Shown one piece after another: positions 27,805 to 38,510 of a stretch of 64,000 nt of DNA. Position 1 is the stretch's first letter, and each line of letters starts with the position of its first letter. A program made the position numbers and the translations under genes. The notes below the pieces were generated by a model. That model searched no databases. It was not told where the DNA came from and saw only the letters and a list, made by a program, of their open reading frames with translations. The stretch lies in assembly GCA_963767925.1 (NCBI GenBank), contig CAVYGB010000010.1, forward strand, positions 1,344,001 through 1,408,000, written 5' to 3'. Source of the DNA: an uncultured delta proteobacterium (lineage in GTDB: Bacteria; Myxococcota_A; Polyangia; Fen-1088).

Positions 27805-28054
27805 TCACAGGCAGGCGGGTGCCCCGGCGTCGGGAAGAGTGACGAAGGCCAGGGTGCGGGGCGGGTGGACGCAGCCCCGGATGGGCACCACCCGCACCTC
27901 GGTGCCGGCGTGGAGCGGCGCCAGCAGCGGGTGGGCGCAGTCCGGGGCGAACAGGGTTATCGGGTGCCGCCCGGGCAGGGGCCTCGACGACGGTGCGCGC
28001 CCGCGTGCCGTGCCCCCGCCCCTCGCCCGACAAGACGTAGAAGATGGTCGCCAG
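27805..28054 (-). pseudogene. truncated, frameshifted N-terminal remnant of an MJ1255/VC2487-like glycosyltransferase
   Basis: ATIFYVLSGEGRGHGTRARTVVEA, a one-base shift near 27980, then LPGRHPITLFAPDCAHPLL...VRVVPIRG; stops after about 80 codons. Confidence 0.6.
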
Positions 28055-28269
28055 GTGGTGCCCCCTTTTCCACCACGATGGCAACCCCAGGTGTCCGGAC
28101 GGGTTCGATGGACCGCCGTTGCCGCGCCAGTCCGGTAACAGCCTGTCCGGACGATGAACGCTCGACGACGACCGATCGCGGGACGGGCCGGTCCCGTTAC
28201 CGGCCCGCCACGGGTCCGTCGCGATCCGCTCCGCCCGGCCGGGGCGTCACGGCGGCGAGGCAGGGGCGA

Positions 28270-29547
28270 TCAGAAGCCGTACTGAACGCCGAAGGAGGCT
28301 TCGGCGACGGCCAGCAGGTTGGGGGCGCCGACCAGAACGCGCACGGCGGGGGACAAGGTGAGGTGCGAGCCAGCCCGGATCAGGAGGGCGGCCCCTGGCC
28401 CGAAGACCAGCGGCCCGCCGTCGACCGTGTCGCTCGAGTTCAGCATGGCCCGGGGCACCGGGGCCACCTTGAGGCGGAAGCCGGAGCCGCCGCCGATGGC
28501 GGCGGTGCCGACGAGCTGCATGCTCTCGCGCTCCCAGAGCTGGTAGTAGACCGAGGCCAAAACGGCGTGGGCGGTCCGGGGGGGCGGGCCCACCACCGTC
28601 GCGTCGGGGCCGCCGCTGGGGCGGATGTACTGGTGGCGGCTCTGGAGCGAGACGGCGAGGCCAGGGCGGATCTGGTAGCCGAGCTCCGGCATCACGTGCA
28701 GCAGGCCTCCGAACAGGGGGCCGGCCTTGACCACCCGGTTGGTGTGGTGCTCGAGGGGGCGCGAGCCGGTCGCGCCGACGCCCGTCCCCAGGCCCAGGCC
28801 GATCCAGAAGCTGCCGGCGCCTCGCTGCGTGCTCGGCGCGGCGGCGGCGAGCTGCGCGTCTTCCCCGGCGAGCCCGGGTGGGTCCTCGGTCGTCGTCTCG
28901 GTGGTCTCCGTCGCCTCCGTCGCCTCCGTCGTCTCGGTGGTCTCCGTGGTGGTCTCCGTCGCCTCGGTGGCGCTGGCGGCGGCCAGCGTCCTTCCGGCGG
29001 GGTCCTCGGTGGGGACGGGCTCCGAGACGGGGTCGAGCTCCTCCTTGGGCTTGGCCTGGGCGACCGGCTCGGGGGCCTCGGCGGCCAGCGCCGGTGGAGG
29101 AGCGGGCGGGCGGGTTCGCTGCATCCGGCGGTGGACGGCCAGCATCGTGCGGCGGACCTTGGCGGTGGCGAGGGCCCGGGGCGGGCGCACGTCGGGCGCG
29201 ATCTGGTAGGCCAGCGCGAAGCAGTTCATCGCCTCCCGGGGCTGCCGCAGGGCCAGGTGCACGGCGCCGAGGTTGACGTAGGTGCGGGCCACCGCCCGGT
29301 GCCCGGTGATGCCGCTGTCCTCGGCGATGACCAGCGCGCCGACCAGGTAGCGGCGGGCGGTCTGGGCCTTGCGGCCCCGGTAGGCGGCGAGCGCCTTGCC
29401 GTTGAGGGCGTCGATCTGGGCGACGACCTTCTCCGAGGCGGCGGCCTCCCGGGGAGCGGCCACGACCGCCAAGAAGCTGACCACGAAGGTGAGCACGGCG
29501 GTCAGCACGAGGCAGTTCGGAGCGAGTCGGTGTAGCCAGCGGGACAT
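28270..29547 (-). CDS. exported protein: N-terminal TPR-like helices, Thr/Glu linker, C-terminal outer-membrane beta-barrel-like domain
   Basis: Signal peptide; ARTYVNLGAVHL...EAMNCFALA; amphipathic strands ending in aromatic QYGF; AAGGAGGG RBS. Confidence 0.7.
   Translation of the reverse strand: MSRWLHRLAPNCLVLTAVLTFVVSFLAVVAAPREAAASEKVVAQIDALNGKALAAYRGRKAQTARRYLVGALVIAEDSGITGHRAVARTYVNLGAVHLALRQPREAMNCFALAYQIAPDVRPPRALATAKVRRTMLAVHRRMQRTRPPAPPPALAAEAPEPVAQAKPKEELDPVSEPVPTEDPAGRTLAAASATEATETTTETTETTEATEATETTETTTEDPPGLAGEDAQLAAAAPSTQRGAGSFWIGLGLGTGVGATGSRPLEHHTNRVVKAGPLFGGLLHVMPELGYQIRPGLAVSLQSRHQYIRPSGGPDATVVGPPPRTAHAVLASVYYQLWERESMQLVGTAAIGGGSGFRLKVAPVPRAMLNSSDTVDGGPLVFGPGAALLIRAGSHLTLSPAVRVLVGAPNLLAVAEASFGVQYGF
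28887..28972. repeat. imperfect in-frame 9-bp tandem repeat encoding (A/T)TE
   Basis: GTCGCCTCC/GTGGTCTCC/GTCGTCTCG units encoding ATEATETTTETTETTEATEATETTETTTED. Confidence 0.7.
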
Positions 29548-29675
29548 GTGCCCTCCTTGTCCGGGAGCCAGTCCCGCTACTAGACCACACGCTCGAGAAA
29601 AAGGGTGATCTCGCGCCCGCGTGAAGCGGGCCGTCGTCCGGCAGGGCCATTTTCTGCGGGTTCCCACCGGTTTTG

Positions 29676-29800
29676 CCTCTCCCGCTTGCGGGTGAGGGCG
29701 GCGCGTCTGCGCGCCGGGTGAGGGCGCCCGCCTGGGCCGAGGCGACCTCCCCTCACCCATTCCCTCTCCCCAGGGCCGCGGACGGCCGCGGGGAGAGGGC
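29676..29800. repeat. two opposed REP-like hairpin units
   Basis: CCTCTCCCGCTTGCGGGTGAGGG...GGGTGAGGG followed by CCCCTCACCCATTCCCTCTCCCC...GGGGAGAGGG. Confidence 0.7.
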
Positions 29801-29865
29801 AAACGGGCAGCGGGGGGGCTGACTCCGCGACCTTGCGCTCCGGCGGGGGGCGAAGGGTGCGGCGG

Positions 29866-30723
29866 TCAGGCGCGGGCGCTGTCGCCGGATGGGGGGGACG
29901 GGGGGGTGGCGGCGGGGAGGAGGCGGTCGGCGATCCAGGTCTTCCAGATCGGCTCCTGCTCGGCGACGAGGGCGCGAGCCTGCGGGCCGTAGAAGAACAG
30001 CCGCATGGTCAGGAAGACCTGGCCACCCATGGGGAGGGCGAACAGGTGGGCGATGCCGGGGCCCGGGCGATCGAGGCGCAGGAAGAGCATCTCCGGATGG
30101 GTGGCGGCCTCGCCCACCTCCTCGACCACCCCGGACAGCGGAGGGGCCCCGGCGGGGCTGGTCACGCGCGCGCCCTTGCCCGCGCCTTTCACGCCGAGCA
30201 GACCGGTGAGGGTCTGCCAGGCCTTGTCCTTCGGCCCGGGGACGCTGGGCAGGAACTGCGCCGACGCCGAGGGCTGGCCGGGGAAGGCGGTGAGGTAAAG
30301 GTGCAGGATCTGGAAGAAGCCCTTCCACCCGTAGCTGTGCTGCTCGAACTGATCGTCCCACTTGTCGCTGTCGGTCTTCCAGCTATGGACGACGCGCACG
30401 ACGCAGATGCCGCCCGAGCGGGCCTCGACGACCCACTCGGTGGCCACCGTGGGGCTCTCCGGACCCATGTCGTCTGCGCTCTCGGCCACGAAGCGGTGGG
30501 GCGGGCTCCAGACGGTGATGGTGGCGGTCGCTTCCATCCCGGGCCCGAACCCGAAGTCGGCCCGGGTCGTGCCCCCTGCCCGCCCGTCGACGGTGCTGGG
30601 CACGAACCAGGAGGAGATCCCCGGTCCGGTGGCGATGGCCTTCCAGACCTCCTCGGGCGTACCGGGGACTTCCACCTCCGTCTGGACGTAGCGCCGTCCA
30701 GACTCGTCGCGTTTCACTGGCAT
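29866..30723 (-). CDS. SRPBCC (Aha1/START-like) domain protein
   Basis: EVEVPGTPEEVWKAIATGPGISSWFV; GWKGFFQILHLYLTAF. Confidence 0.85.
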   Translation of the reverse strand: MPVKRDESGRRYVQTEVEVPGTPEEVWKAIATGPGISSWFVPSTVDGRAGGTTRADFGFGPGMEATATITVWSPPHRFVAESADDMGPESPTVATEWVVEARSGGICVVRVVHSWKTDSDKWDDQFEQHSYGWKGFFQILHLYLTAFPGQPSASAQFLPSVPGPKDKAWQTLTGLLGVKGAGKGARVTSPAGAPPLSGVVEEVGEAATHPEMLFLRLDRPGPGIAHLFALPMGGQVFLTMRLFFYGPQARALVAEQEPIWKTWIADRLLPAATPPSPPSGDSARA

Positions 30724-31322
30724 GATGGCTCCTTTCCTTGGGCTTGCTGGGGCAGCGGATGCCCCACGATCACGATCCGGTAGCTGCGGCCGTCGGCGGC
30801 CGCCTCGTCGTGGTAGCGGGCGACAAGGTCGGTCACCGCGCGGGTCAGATCGCTGGCGAAGGCGGCGCGGTCATCGGGCGACTTGAAGCGCACGGCGGTG
30901 TCGATCGACAGGGTCGGCGCCGCCCGGCCGGCGGCCCGGGCCCGCCGCACGAGATCGCCCACCTCCCGGATCACCCGGGCGGCCAGGGCGATGAGGTACG
31001 AGGCAGACAGCGTGTCGCCGCCCCGGCCGGGGTCGCTCCCCACCTGCCCCATGGCGTCGGGCGAGATGACGAACGACGCGGCGGAGGCGACGAGCCGGCG
31101 CTCGGTCAGCCCGCCCCACTTCCGCTCCTCGACCACCCGAACCAGGCCGTGCTTCTCCAGCTCGCGCAGGTGGTAGTTCAGCTTCTGGCGGGCGATCCCC
31201 AGACGGACCGCCAGCGCCGCCGCCGACGCCGGCTGCGACAGCTCCGCCAGCAGCCGGCTGCGCACCGGATCCAGGGCAACCGTCGCCGCGACTGGATCCG
31301 CGATGACCTCGACCTCATCCAT
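30714..31322 (-). CDS. ArsR-type winged-helix transcriptional regulator
   Basis: ALDPVRSRLLAELSQPASAAALAVRLGIARQKLNYHLRELEKHGLV; overlaps the SRPBCC start. Confidence 0.88.
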   Translation of the reverse strand: MDEVEVIADPVAATVALDPVRSRLLAELSQPASAAALAVRLGIARQKLNYHLRELEKHGLVRVVEERKWGGLTERRLVASAASFVISPDAMGQVGSDPGRGGDTLSASYLIALAARVIREVGDLVRRARAAGRAAPTLSIDTAVRFKSPDDRAAFASDLTRAVTDLVARYHDEAAADGRSYRIVIVGHPLPQQAQGKEPSCQ

Positions 31323-31337
31323 GCCCCAGATCTGCCA

Positions 31338-31357
31338 TTGACAACTATTTTTGTCAA
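31338..31357 (-). promoter_or_regulatory. palindromic operator containing a TTGACA -35 element
   Basis: TTGACAA-CTATTT-TTGTCAA, 15 bp upstream of ATG 31322. Confidence 0.7.
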
Positions 31358-31443
31358 GGCACCCGCGCGGGGGCCAACCTTGGAGAAAAACCTCAATCAT
31401 GACGGATACATCCGGAGACGAACCGCGATTCCCATGGAGAATC

Positions 31444-31520
31444 GGGTGAGGGGAGCCCGCCCGGGCTGAGGCGCCGCCCCTCACCCTGCCCTCTCCCCAC
31501 GGCAGACCGCGGGGAGAGGG
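31444..31520. repeat. REP-like hairpin element
   Basis: GGGTGAGGGG...CCCCTCACCCTGCCCTCTCCCCACGGCAGACCGCGGGGAGAGGG. Confidence 0.72.
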
Positions 31521-31579
31521 TTCTTCAGAGTCAGGCTCGCCTGGGGGCCCACCGCTCGCCGTCTATCCTGGCGGGGCGC

Positions 31580-32953
31580 TCAGTCTATCCGGCGGGTCTG
31601 GCAGCCGAAGGCGAGGTCGACGGTGGCGGCTTGCTGGGTCTTGAAGCGCTCGCAGGTGGCGGGGCAGACGAGGACGCGGGTGGGCGTGCCCTGGGCGGGC
31701 GGGACGTCGTAGTACCAGCCGCCGCGGGTGGCGTCGCAGCGGTCGGGTTGCTCCACGTAGAGGACGTCCTCGCTGGCGCTGGCGCTCTTCCACTGCAGGT
31801 TGACCCGGCCGTAGTCGATGGCCCCGGCCTGGGGCGCGGGGATGGAAAACGCGCAGGGCAACACCGCCCCGCGGATGGTCTCGAGCGCGGCCAGGAACTT
31901 CGCCGACAGGTCGGCGTTCGGCTCGAGGATGATCGCCTGGCCGGTGCCGCCCGCCCGGGCCAGCTCGTCGAAGGTCAACTGCGCCTGGCCGCCGGCGAGG
32001 TCGAACACCCCGATCACGAAGGTGGGGATCGAGGGGCTGCCCTGGAACTCGGCGGCGGCGATCCCCGCGATCTCGGGAACGCTCATCGAGCAGCCGAAGG
32101 GGAAGCCGTCGGTGACGAGCACCAGGGCCGCCTTTCTTCCGCTGCCTGCCGGGGTGGCCAGGCGGGCCCGCAGGTGGGCCAGGCCGCCACGGACCGCGGG
32201 CTCGATGGGGGTCATGCCCTCGGGCCTCGTGAAGATCAGGCGAGTGGCGATGGGCTCGGCCCCGCCGGGCAACACCGCGACCGGGACGGCGGGATCGTCG
32301 TAGCGGTCATCGCACCGGGCGAACCCCCGGGCCCGGCAGACCCGGGGCACGGCGATGCAGACGTCGCCGGGGAGGGCCGGGTTGCAGGGCTGCCCCACCG
32401 TCGGGCAGGGGCGGCCGCTGCCCGAGCAGCCGGCCGCGGGTGGATCGCAGGTCTCGGGTGCGCAATCGGCGTCGCCGGTGCAGATCACGAGGTCCTTGGG
32501 GACCAGGGGAAAGAACTGCAGCCCGGCCCCCAGCTCGGCCGACCTTGGATCGCGCACGAACCTGATCAGCGCCTCCCGCACCAGATCCCACTGGGTGCCA
32601 CCCGAATTCCGGATCGGCTCCATCATCGAGGTCGACTTGTCGACCGCGAACAGCAGATCGACGGGCAGCCGCCCGGCCTGCCGCACCTCCGCCGCGCAGG
32701 TCCCGCTGGCCGGCGGCGGCCCGGCGTCGACCGGCGCGGCCGGCGTCCCCGGTGGCAGGTTGAACCCCGGCGCCGCGCCCGGTCCCCCCTCCCCGCCCGG
32801 CCCCCGCACGCCCGGCTCGTCCCCGTTGCCCGGGGGCGTCTCGCCCGACACCCCCGGATCGGTCAGCCGGGGCTTGCCACAGGCGGCGGTGAAGAGGACG
32901 GCCAGCGCCAGCGCGCCGCCAGCCGTCCGGGACCGATGCGCCAGGTCGAACAT
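31580..32953 (-). CDS. vWA domain lipoprotein, Cys-rich (CglB-like architecture)
   Basis: TAAC lipobox; MIDAS motif DKSTS, GMTP, LVTDG, TFVIGV. Confidence 0.85.
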   Translation of the reverse strand: MFDLAHRSRTAGGALALAVLFTAACGKPRLTDPGVSGETPPGNGDEPGVRGPGGEGGPGAAPGFNLPPGTPAAPVDAGPPPASGTCAAEVRQAGRLPVDLLFAVDKSTSMMEPIRNSGGTQWDLVREALIRFVRDPRSAELGAGLQFFPLVPKDLVICTGDADCAPETCDPPAAGCSGSGRPCPTVGQPCNPALPGDVCIAVPRVCRARGFARCDDRYDDPAVPVAVLPGGAEPIATRLIFTRPEGMTPIEPAVRGGLAHLRARLATPAGSGRKAALVLVTDGFPFGCSMSVPEIAGIAAAEFQGSPSIPTFVIGVFDLAGGQAQLTFDELARAGGTGQAIILEPNADLSAKFLAALETIRGAVLPCAFSIPAPQAGAIDYGRVNLQWKSASASEDVLYVEQPDRCDATRGGWYYDVPPAQGTPTRVLVCPATCERFKTQQAATVDLAFGCQTRRID

Positions 32954-33019
32954 CGGGGCCGACGCTACCACCGCCCGGTCTGCCCCGGCAGCCCCCCCCG
33001 GTCCCGGCGGCGTCCGCTT

Positions 33020-36000
33020 TTACATGGCGTTCTTGTAGGACGCGTCCTGCGGGGCGTTGTGCTCCGGATAGGGCGGGTCGCCCTCGGAGCCGCCGGTGAC
33101 CCGGCGGCCGAGCCACTTGACCGGGCGGCTGCCGATGAAGCGGTCGGCCAGCAGGTAGAAGACCGGGACCACCACCAGGGTGAGCACCGTCGAGGTGATG
33201 AGGCCGCCGATGACCGCCATCGCCATCGGGGCGCGGGTCTCGCCGCCCTCGCCCAGGGCGAGCGCGACCGGCAACATGCCGAAGATCATCGCGAAGGTGG
33301 TCATCAAGATGGGGCGCAGCCGGATGGGGCCGGCCTCCATCAGGGCGTCGACGGTCGACTTGCCCTGGGCCTTGAGGTGGTTGGCGAAGTCGACCAGCAA
33401 GATCGCGTTCTTGGTCACCAGCCCCATCAACATGATGAAGCCGATGGCGGAGAAGATGTTGAGGGTCATGCCCGACAGGTAGAGGGCCCCGAAGGCGCCG
33501 ATGACCGAAAACGGCAGCGACAGCATGATGGTGAAGGGGTGGATCACGCTGTCGAACTGGGCCGCGAGGATCATGTAGACCAGCACCACCGCCAGGAACA
33601 GGGCGATGGCCATGTAGCCGGCCGACTCGCACCATGACCTCACCCATGCCGGCGTAGTCGGTGTCCATGTGCTCGGGCACCACCTTGTCGGCGGCGGCGT
33701 TGACCACCTTCATCGCCTCGGCCAGGGGCAGCCCCTGCAGACCGGCGAAGATGGTGATCTGCCGCTGCCGGGCCTGGCGGTCGATCTGGCTGGGGCCCTC
33801 GCCCCGGGTCACCCGCACGACGTTGCGACAGCGACACCAGCTGGCCGGTCGAGGACCGCACCGCCAGGTTGCTGAGCGAGGCCAGCCCCTTCTTCTGCTC
33901 GGCGGGGAGCTGCACGGTGACGTCGTAGAGATCCATGCCCTGCTTGAGCTCGGTGACCTTGTCGCCCGGCCACGAAGGCCCGCAAGGTGGTGGCGATGGC
34001 CGCCACCGGGACGCCGAGCTCGGCGGCGCGGTCGCGATCGATGTCGAAGGAGAGCTCCGGCTTGCCGCCCCGGTAGCTGAGTCCAGGTCGACGATGCCGG
34101 GCGACTTCTTCAGCTCCGCCAGGAGCGCCGCGGAGGTCTTCTCCAGCTCGGCCATGTCGCGGCCCCGGATGTTGAACTGGATGGCCTGCTGCTTGAAGCC
34201 GCCGTCGTTGCCCATGGGGCTCATGGGGTTGACCGAGAAGAGGGCGTTCTTCACCCCCTGGTAGCGGCTGCGCACCCAGGCCATGGCGTCTTCCTGGTGA
34301 TAGGCCCGGCTGGTGCGGCGGACCATCAGCACCTGGATCTGGCCGATGTTGACCTGGCCCTGGGCCCCGCCGCCGACGGTGACGAAGGTCGCGTTGACGC
34401 CGGGACCGTTCTTGCGCAGGTCCCCGGCGATGGTCTCGACGTACTTCGAGGTCGTCGTCGAGCGAGGTGCCGGTGGGCAGCTCGACCGTGACCTGGAACT
34501 GGGCCCGGTCCTCGGGCGGGCAGGAACTCCCCCTTGACCTGGGCCGACCACCACCACCGAGCCGACCAGCGAGGCCAGCGCGATGCTGACGGTGATCGCC
34601 CGGTGGCGGAGCGCCGCCCCCAGCATGCGCCGGTAGCCGTTGTCGATGGCGCCCAGGAAGCGCTCGGAGGCGCGCACGAAGATGTTGGGGTTCTCGTTGT
34701 GCGCGCGCCGCAAGATGCGGGCGGACATCATCGGGGTCAGGGTGAACGACACCAGCAGCGACACCAGCACGGCGAAGCTGACGGTCAGCCCGAACTGGAA
34801 GAAGAAGCGGCCGATGATCCCCTTCATGACCGCCACCGGCACGAACACGGCGACGATGGAGAAGGTGGTGGCGAGCACCGCCAGGCCGATCTCGCCGGTG
34901 CCGTCGGCCGCGGCCTGCATGGGCGGCTTGCCCATCTCCAGGTGGCGGTGGATGTTCTCGATGACGACGATGGCGTCGTCGACGAGGATGCCGATCGACA
35001 GCGACAGCGCCAGCATCGTCATGTTGTTGAAGGTGAAGCCCATCACCTGCACGAAGGCGAAGGTGGCGATGACCGAGGTGGGGATGGCCAGCGCCGCTGA
35101 TGAGGGTGGCCCGGAAGTCGTGCAAGAAGAACAGGATCACGATCACCGCCAGCAAGGCCCCGAACCACAGGTCGAACTTCACGTCGTTGATCGAGTGCTC
35201 GATGAAGGGGGCGTTGTCGGTGGGGACCGAGAGCTTGGCCCCCGCCTTCAGCACCGCGGGCGGTCACCCGGGCCAGCGCCTCGTGCACCTTGTGCGCCAC
35301 CTCGACCGTGTTGGACCCCGACTGCTTGCGCACCACGAGCGCCACCGCCGCCACGCCGTTCATCGACGAGTGCGAGCGGGCCTCGGCGGTCCCGTCCTCG
35401 ACCTGGGCCACGTCGCCGATCGCGGACCCGGGCGCCGCCCAGGCCGGTCACCAGGATGTCGGCGATCTCCTGGGGCGAGCGCACCTCCCCCTTGGTCTTG
35501 ACGGCGAACTCCCGGTTGCCCTCCTCGATGCGGCCGGCCGGCAGCTCGACGTTCTGGGCCTGCAAGGCCCCGACGATGTCCTGCACGGTGAGGCCCAGCC
35601 CCTGGAGGCGGGCGGGATCCACCAGCACGTGGATCTCCCGGTCGCGTCCCCCGACCAGATCGACCGCGCCGACGCCGGCGATGCGCTGCACCGCCGGCTT
35701 GACCACCTCGTCGGCCAGGCGGGTCAGCTCGCGCACCGGCAGGTTGCCCGACAGCGCCAGCGACATGACCGGGGCCGCGCCGACGTCGAACTTCTGCACG
35801 ACCGGCGGATCGAGGCCGGCGGGGAGCTTGGCCAGGGTGGCCGACACCCGGTCCCGCACGTCCTGCACGGCGATGTCTACTTTCACCTCCAGCTCGAACT
35901 GGATGAGGATCTGGGTGACGCTCTCCAGGTTGATCGACTTCAGCACCTTGATGCCGCTCATGGTGTTGAGGGCCTCTTCGAGGGGGTCGGCCACCTTGGT

Positions 36001-36180
36001 CTCCATCGAGGCCGGGTCGGCGCCGGGGTAGACCACGGTGACCGTGACGAAGGGGAACTCGACGTTGGGGAACAGATCGACGCCGACGCGCGGGTAGCTG
36101 ACCAGCCCGAACACGAGCAGCGACGCGATCATCATGATCGCGAACACCGGCCGGCGGATCGAGATGTCGGCGAGCTTCAT
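33020..36180 (-). CDS. RND efflux permease (AcrB/HAE1 family), interrupted by about 10 frameshifts
   Basis: [14 protein letters not shown]..., [28 protein letters not shown] and RLRPILMTT pieces lie in different frames. Confidence 0.88.
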
Positions 36181-37109
36181 GGCGCCCGGCCCACCGTCTT
36201 GCCCTCGCCCTTGTCTTCACCGAGCTCCACCTCGGCCAGCAGGCCGCTGCGGAGGGCCCCGTCGGGGTTGGGGATCTCGGCCACCACCTCGACGGTGCGG
36301 GTGCGGGCGTCGACCGAGGGCTGGATGCGGGCGATCTTGGCCGAGCGCTCGATCCCCACGGCGTCGAACTTGGCCGCCACCCGGTCGCCCACCTTGATGT
36401 GGGTCAGCGACCGCTCCGGCAGGTGGAAGCGCAGCTCCAGCACCGACTGGTCCTGCACCACCAGCACGACGGTGGGGGGCATCATGGTGGCCATCTCTCC
36501 CTCGTTCTTCAGCTTCGACACGACGACCCCGCTCAGGGGGGAGCGCACGGTGCCGTCGGCGAAGAGCTTGTTGGCCATGTTGAGGGCCACCTCGGCCTGC
36601 GACACGCCGACCCGGGCTCCGTCCATGCGCGATTGCACCTGGTCCCACTGCATCTGGCTGACCGCCTTCTGGTCGAACATCGACTTCGTGCGGTTGAACT
36701 CGGTCTCGGTGCCGCGCAGGTTGACCCGGGCCGCTTCGAGGGCCGCCTTGGCCTGCTCGACCCGCAGGGCGGCGTCCTGGGTGTCCTGCCGGAACAGGAC
36801 CTGGCCCTTGCGCACCTTGTCCCCCTCCTTGACGAGAATCTTGGAGATGACGCCCCCGGCGTTGGGCCCGATCTGGGCCTCCGCCCGGGGGTAGGTGGTG
36901 CCGGTGGTGTGCCCCTCGGTGGGGGTGATGGCCGACGCCTCGTCGGTGCGGGCCAGGGTGGGGAGGGCGGGCATCGGCGCGGCGCCGGCCCCCTGAGCGG
37001 GTGGGAGCTGCTGGGCCCCGTCCTTGCGTTTGCAGCCGGCCAGGCCGGTGATGAGCAACGCTCCGGCGAGCAGCCCCCGCGTCCAGGTCGACGCGACTTC
37101 GATCCTCAT
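36177..37109 (-). CDS. RND membrane fusion protein (periplasmic adaptor), lipoprotein
   Basis: LAGC lipobox; VKEGDKVRKGQVLF, VRSPLSGVV, IQPSVDARTRT; ATGA overlaps with both neighbours. Confidence 0.92.
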   Translation of the reverse strand: MRIEVASTWTRGLLAGALLITGLAGCKRKDGAQQLPPAQGAGAAPMPALPTLARTDEASAITPTEGHTTGTTYPRAEAQIGPNAGGVISKILVKEGDKVRKGQVLFRQDTQDAALRVEQAKAALEAARVNLRGTETEFNRTKSMFDQKAVSQMQWDQVQSRMDGARVGVSQAEVALNMANKLFADGTVRSPLSGVVVSKLKNEGEMATMMPPTVVLVVQDQSVLELRFHLPERSLTHIKVGDRVAAKFDAVGIERSAKIARIQPSVDARTRTVEVVAEIPNPDGALRSGLLAEVELGEDKGEGKTVGRAP

Positions 37110-38510
37110 GGTGTCCTCCCGTTCAGTTCCAGCGGCATGCGCCCGACCGCCCGTGCGAGGGCAGCCTGGGCCAGGTAATAGTCGTAGCGGGTCTGGGCGT
37201 GCGAGCTGCGGGCCCGGAACACGTCCGCCTCCGCGTCGATGAGATCCGTCGTCGTGGCGGCGCCCTCGGCGAAACGCACCGACTGGATCCGGTAGGCCTC
37301 CTCGGCGGCGGCGAGGCCGCTGCTGGCCAGGTCGAGGCTGTCGAAGGCGGCCCTCGTCTCCACCAGGCGGCGGCGGGCGTCGAAGGCGACTTGATCGGCG
37401 AGGCTCTGGCGGCCGAGGTCGGCCTGGCTCGAGCGGGCCCGGGCCTCCTTGACCCCGCTCCAGCCCTTGCCCCAGTCGAAGACGTCCCAGGTCAAGGTGG
37501 CGCCGACGAACCAGGCGTTCTTGGGCTGGAAGGTCGACTGGCCCTCGGTGTGCTGGTAGGTGGCCACGCCGAGGATGTTCGGCAGGAGCTGGGCCTTGGC
37601 CACCCCCTCGCCGGCCCGGGCCTGCTCGAGCCGCTCGGCGGCGGCGCGCAGCTCCGGGCGCTCGCGCGCCGCCATGGTCGTCGTCTGGGTGTCGCTCAGC
37701 ACCACCCGGGGCGGGGGGTCGGGCAGGTCGTCCACCACGTCGACGGTCGTGGTGACGGGAAGCTCGAGGGCGAGGACCAGGCCGGCGTGGGCGATGTCGG
37801 CCCCCGCCCGGGCGCGGACGCAGGCCCTGGCGGGCGGTGTCGCGGGCCGAGGTGAGGCGCAAGACGTCCACCTGGGCCAGCGCGCCGGCCTTCTCCGCGA
37901 CCTGCGCCCGCTGGAGCTGGGCCTCCACCTGGGCGACGCTCTTCTCCGCCACCGAGACGATGGCCCGGGCCTGCAGCAGCCGCAGGTAGGCCTCCGAGGC
38001 GCGCTGGGCGGTGTCGAGGCGGGCCTTCACCTGGTCGGCGCGAGCGGCCTCCTCGCCGTTGCGCTCGAGGGCGATGAGACGGTTGAGCACGAGCAGCGCC
38101 GAGAGGGGCTGGGCCAGGGTCACGGTGACCTGGGAGGTGACCTGGTCGCGCACCCGCAGCCCGGCCGCCGTCCCCATCATGCCGGGCTCGCCCATCCCCG
38201 CCGGCACGAAGAGCAGGTCGAGGGGCTTGTCCCAGTAGAGGATGTTGGCCTCGGCCCGCAGCGCGGGGAAGCGCTGGGCGCCCGCCCCGCTCACCCGCGC
38301 GCTCGAGGCTTCGACCCCGGCGCTGGCGATGCGGATCTCGGGCCCGCTCTGCACCGCGAGCTCGATGGCCTGCTCGAGGGTGAGGCGCCGGGGGCCGCCG
38401 GCAGGAGCCTGGGCCGCGGTGGGAGCCTGGGCCGCGGCGGGCCCCGGCGCGATGAAGAGAAGCAGCGCCGTCGCCAGCGGCAAACCAGGAAGCGGGCGGA
38501 GGAGTTTCAT
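37106..38510 (-). CDS. TolC family outer-membrane efflux protein, one frameshift near 37820
   Basis: LTLEQAIELA, RPELRAA, AEEAYRIQSVRFAEGAATTTDLIDAE; two frames join at about 37820. Confidence 0.88.
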
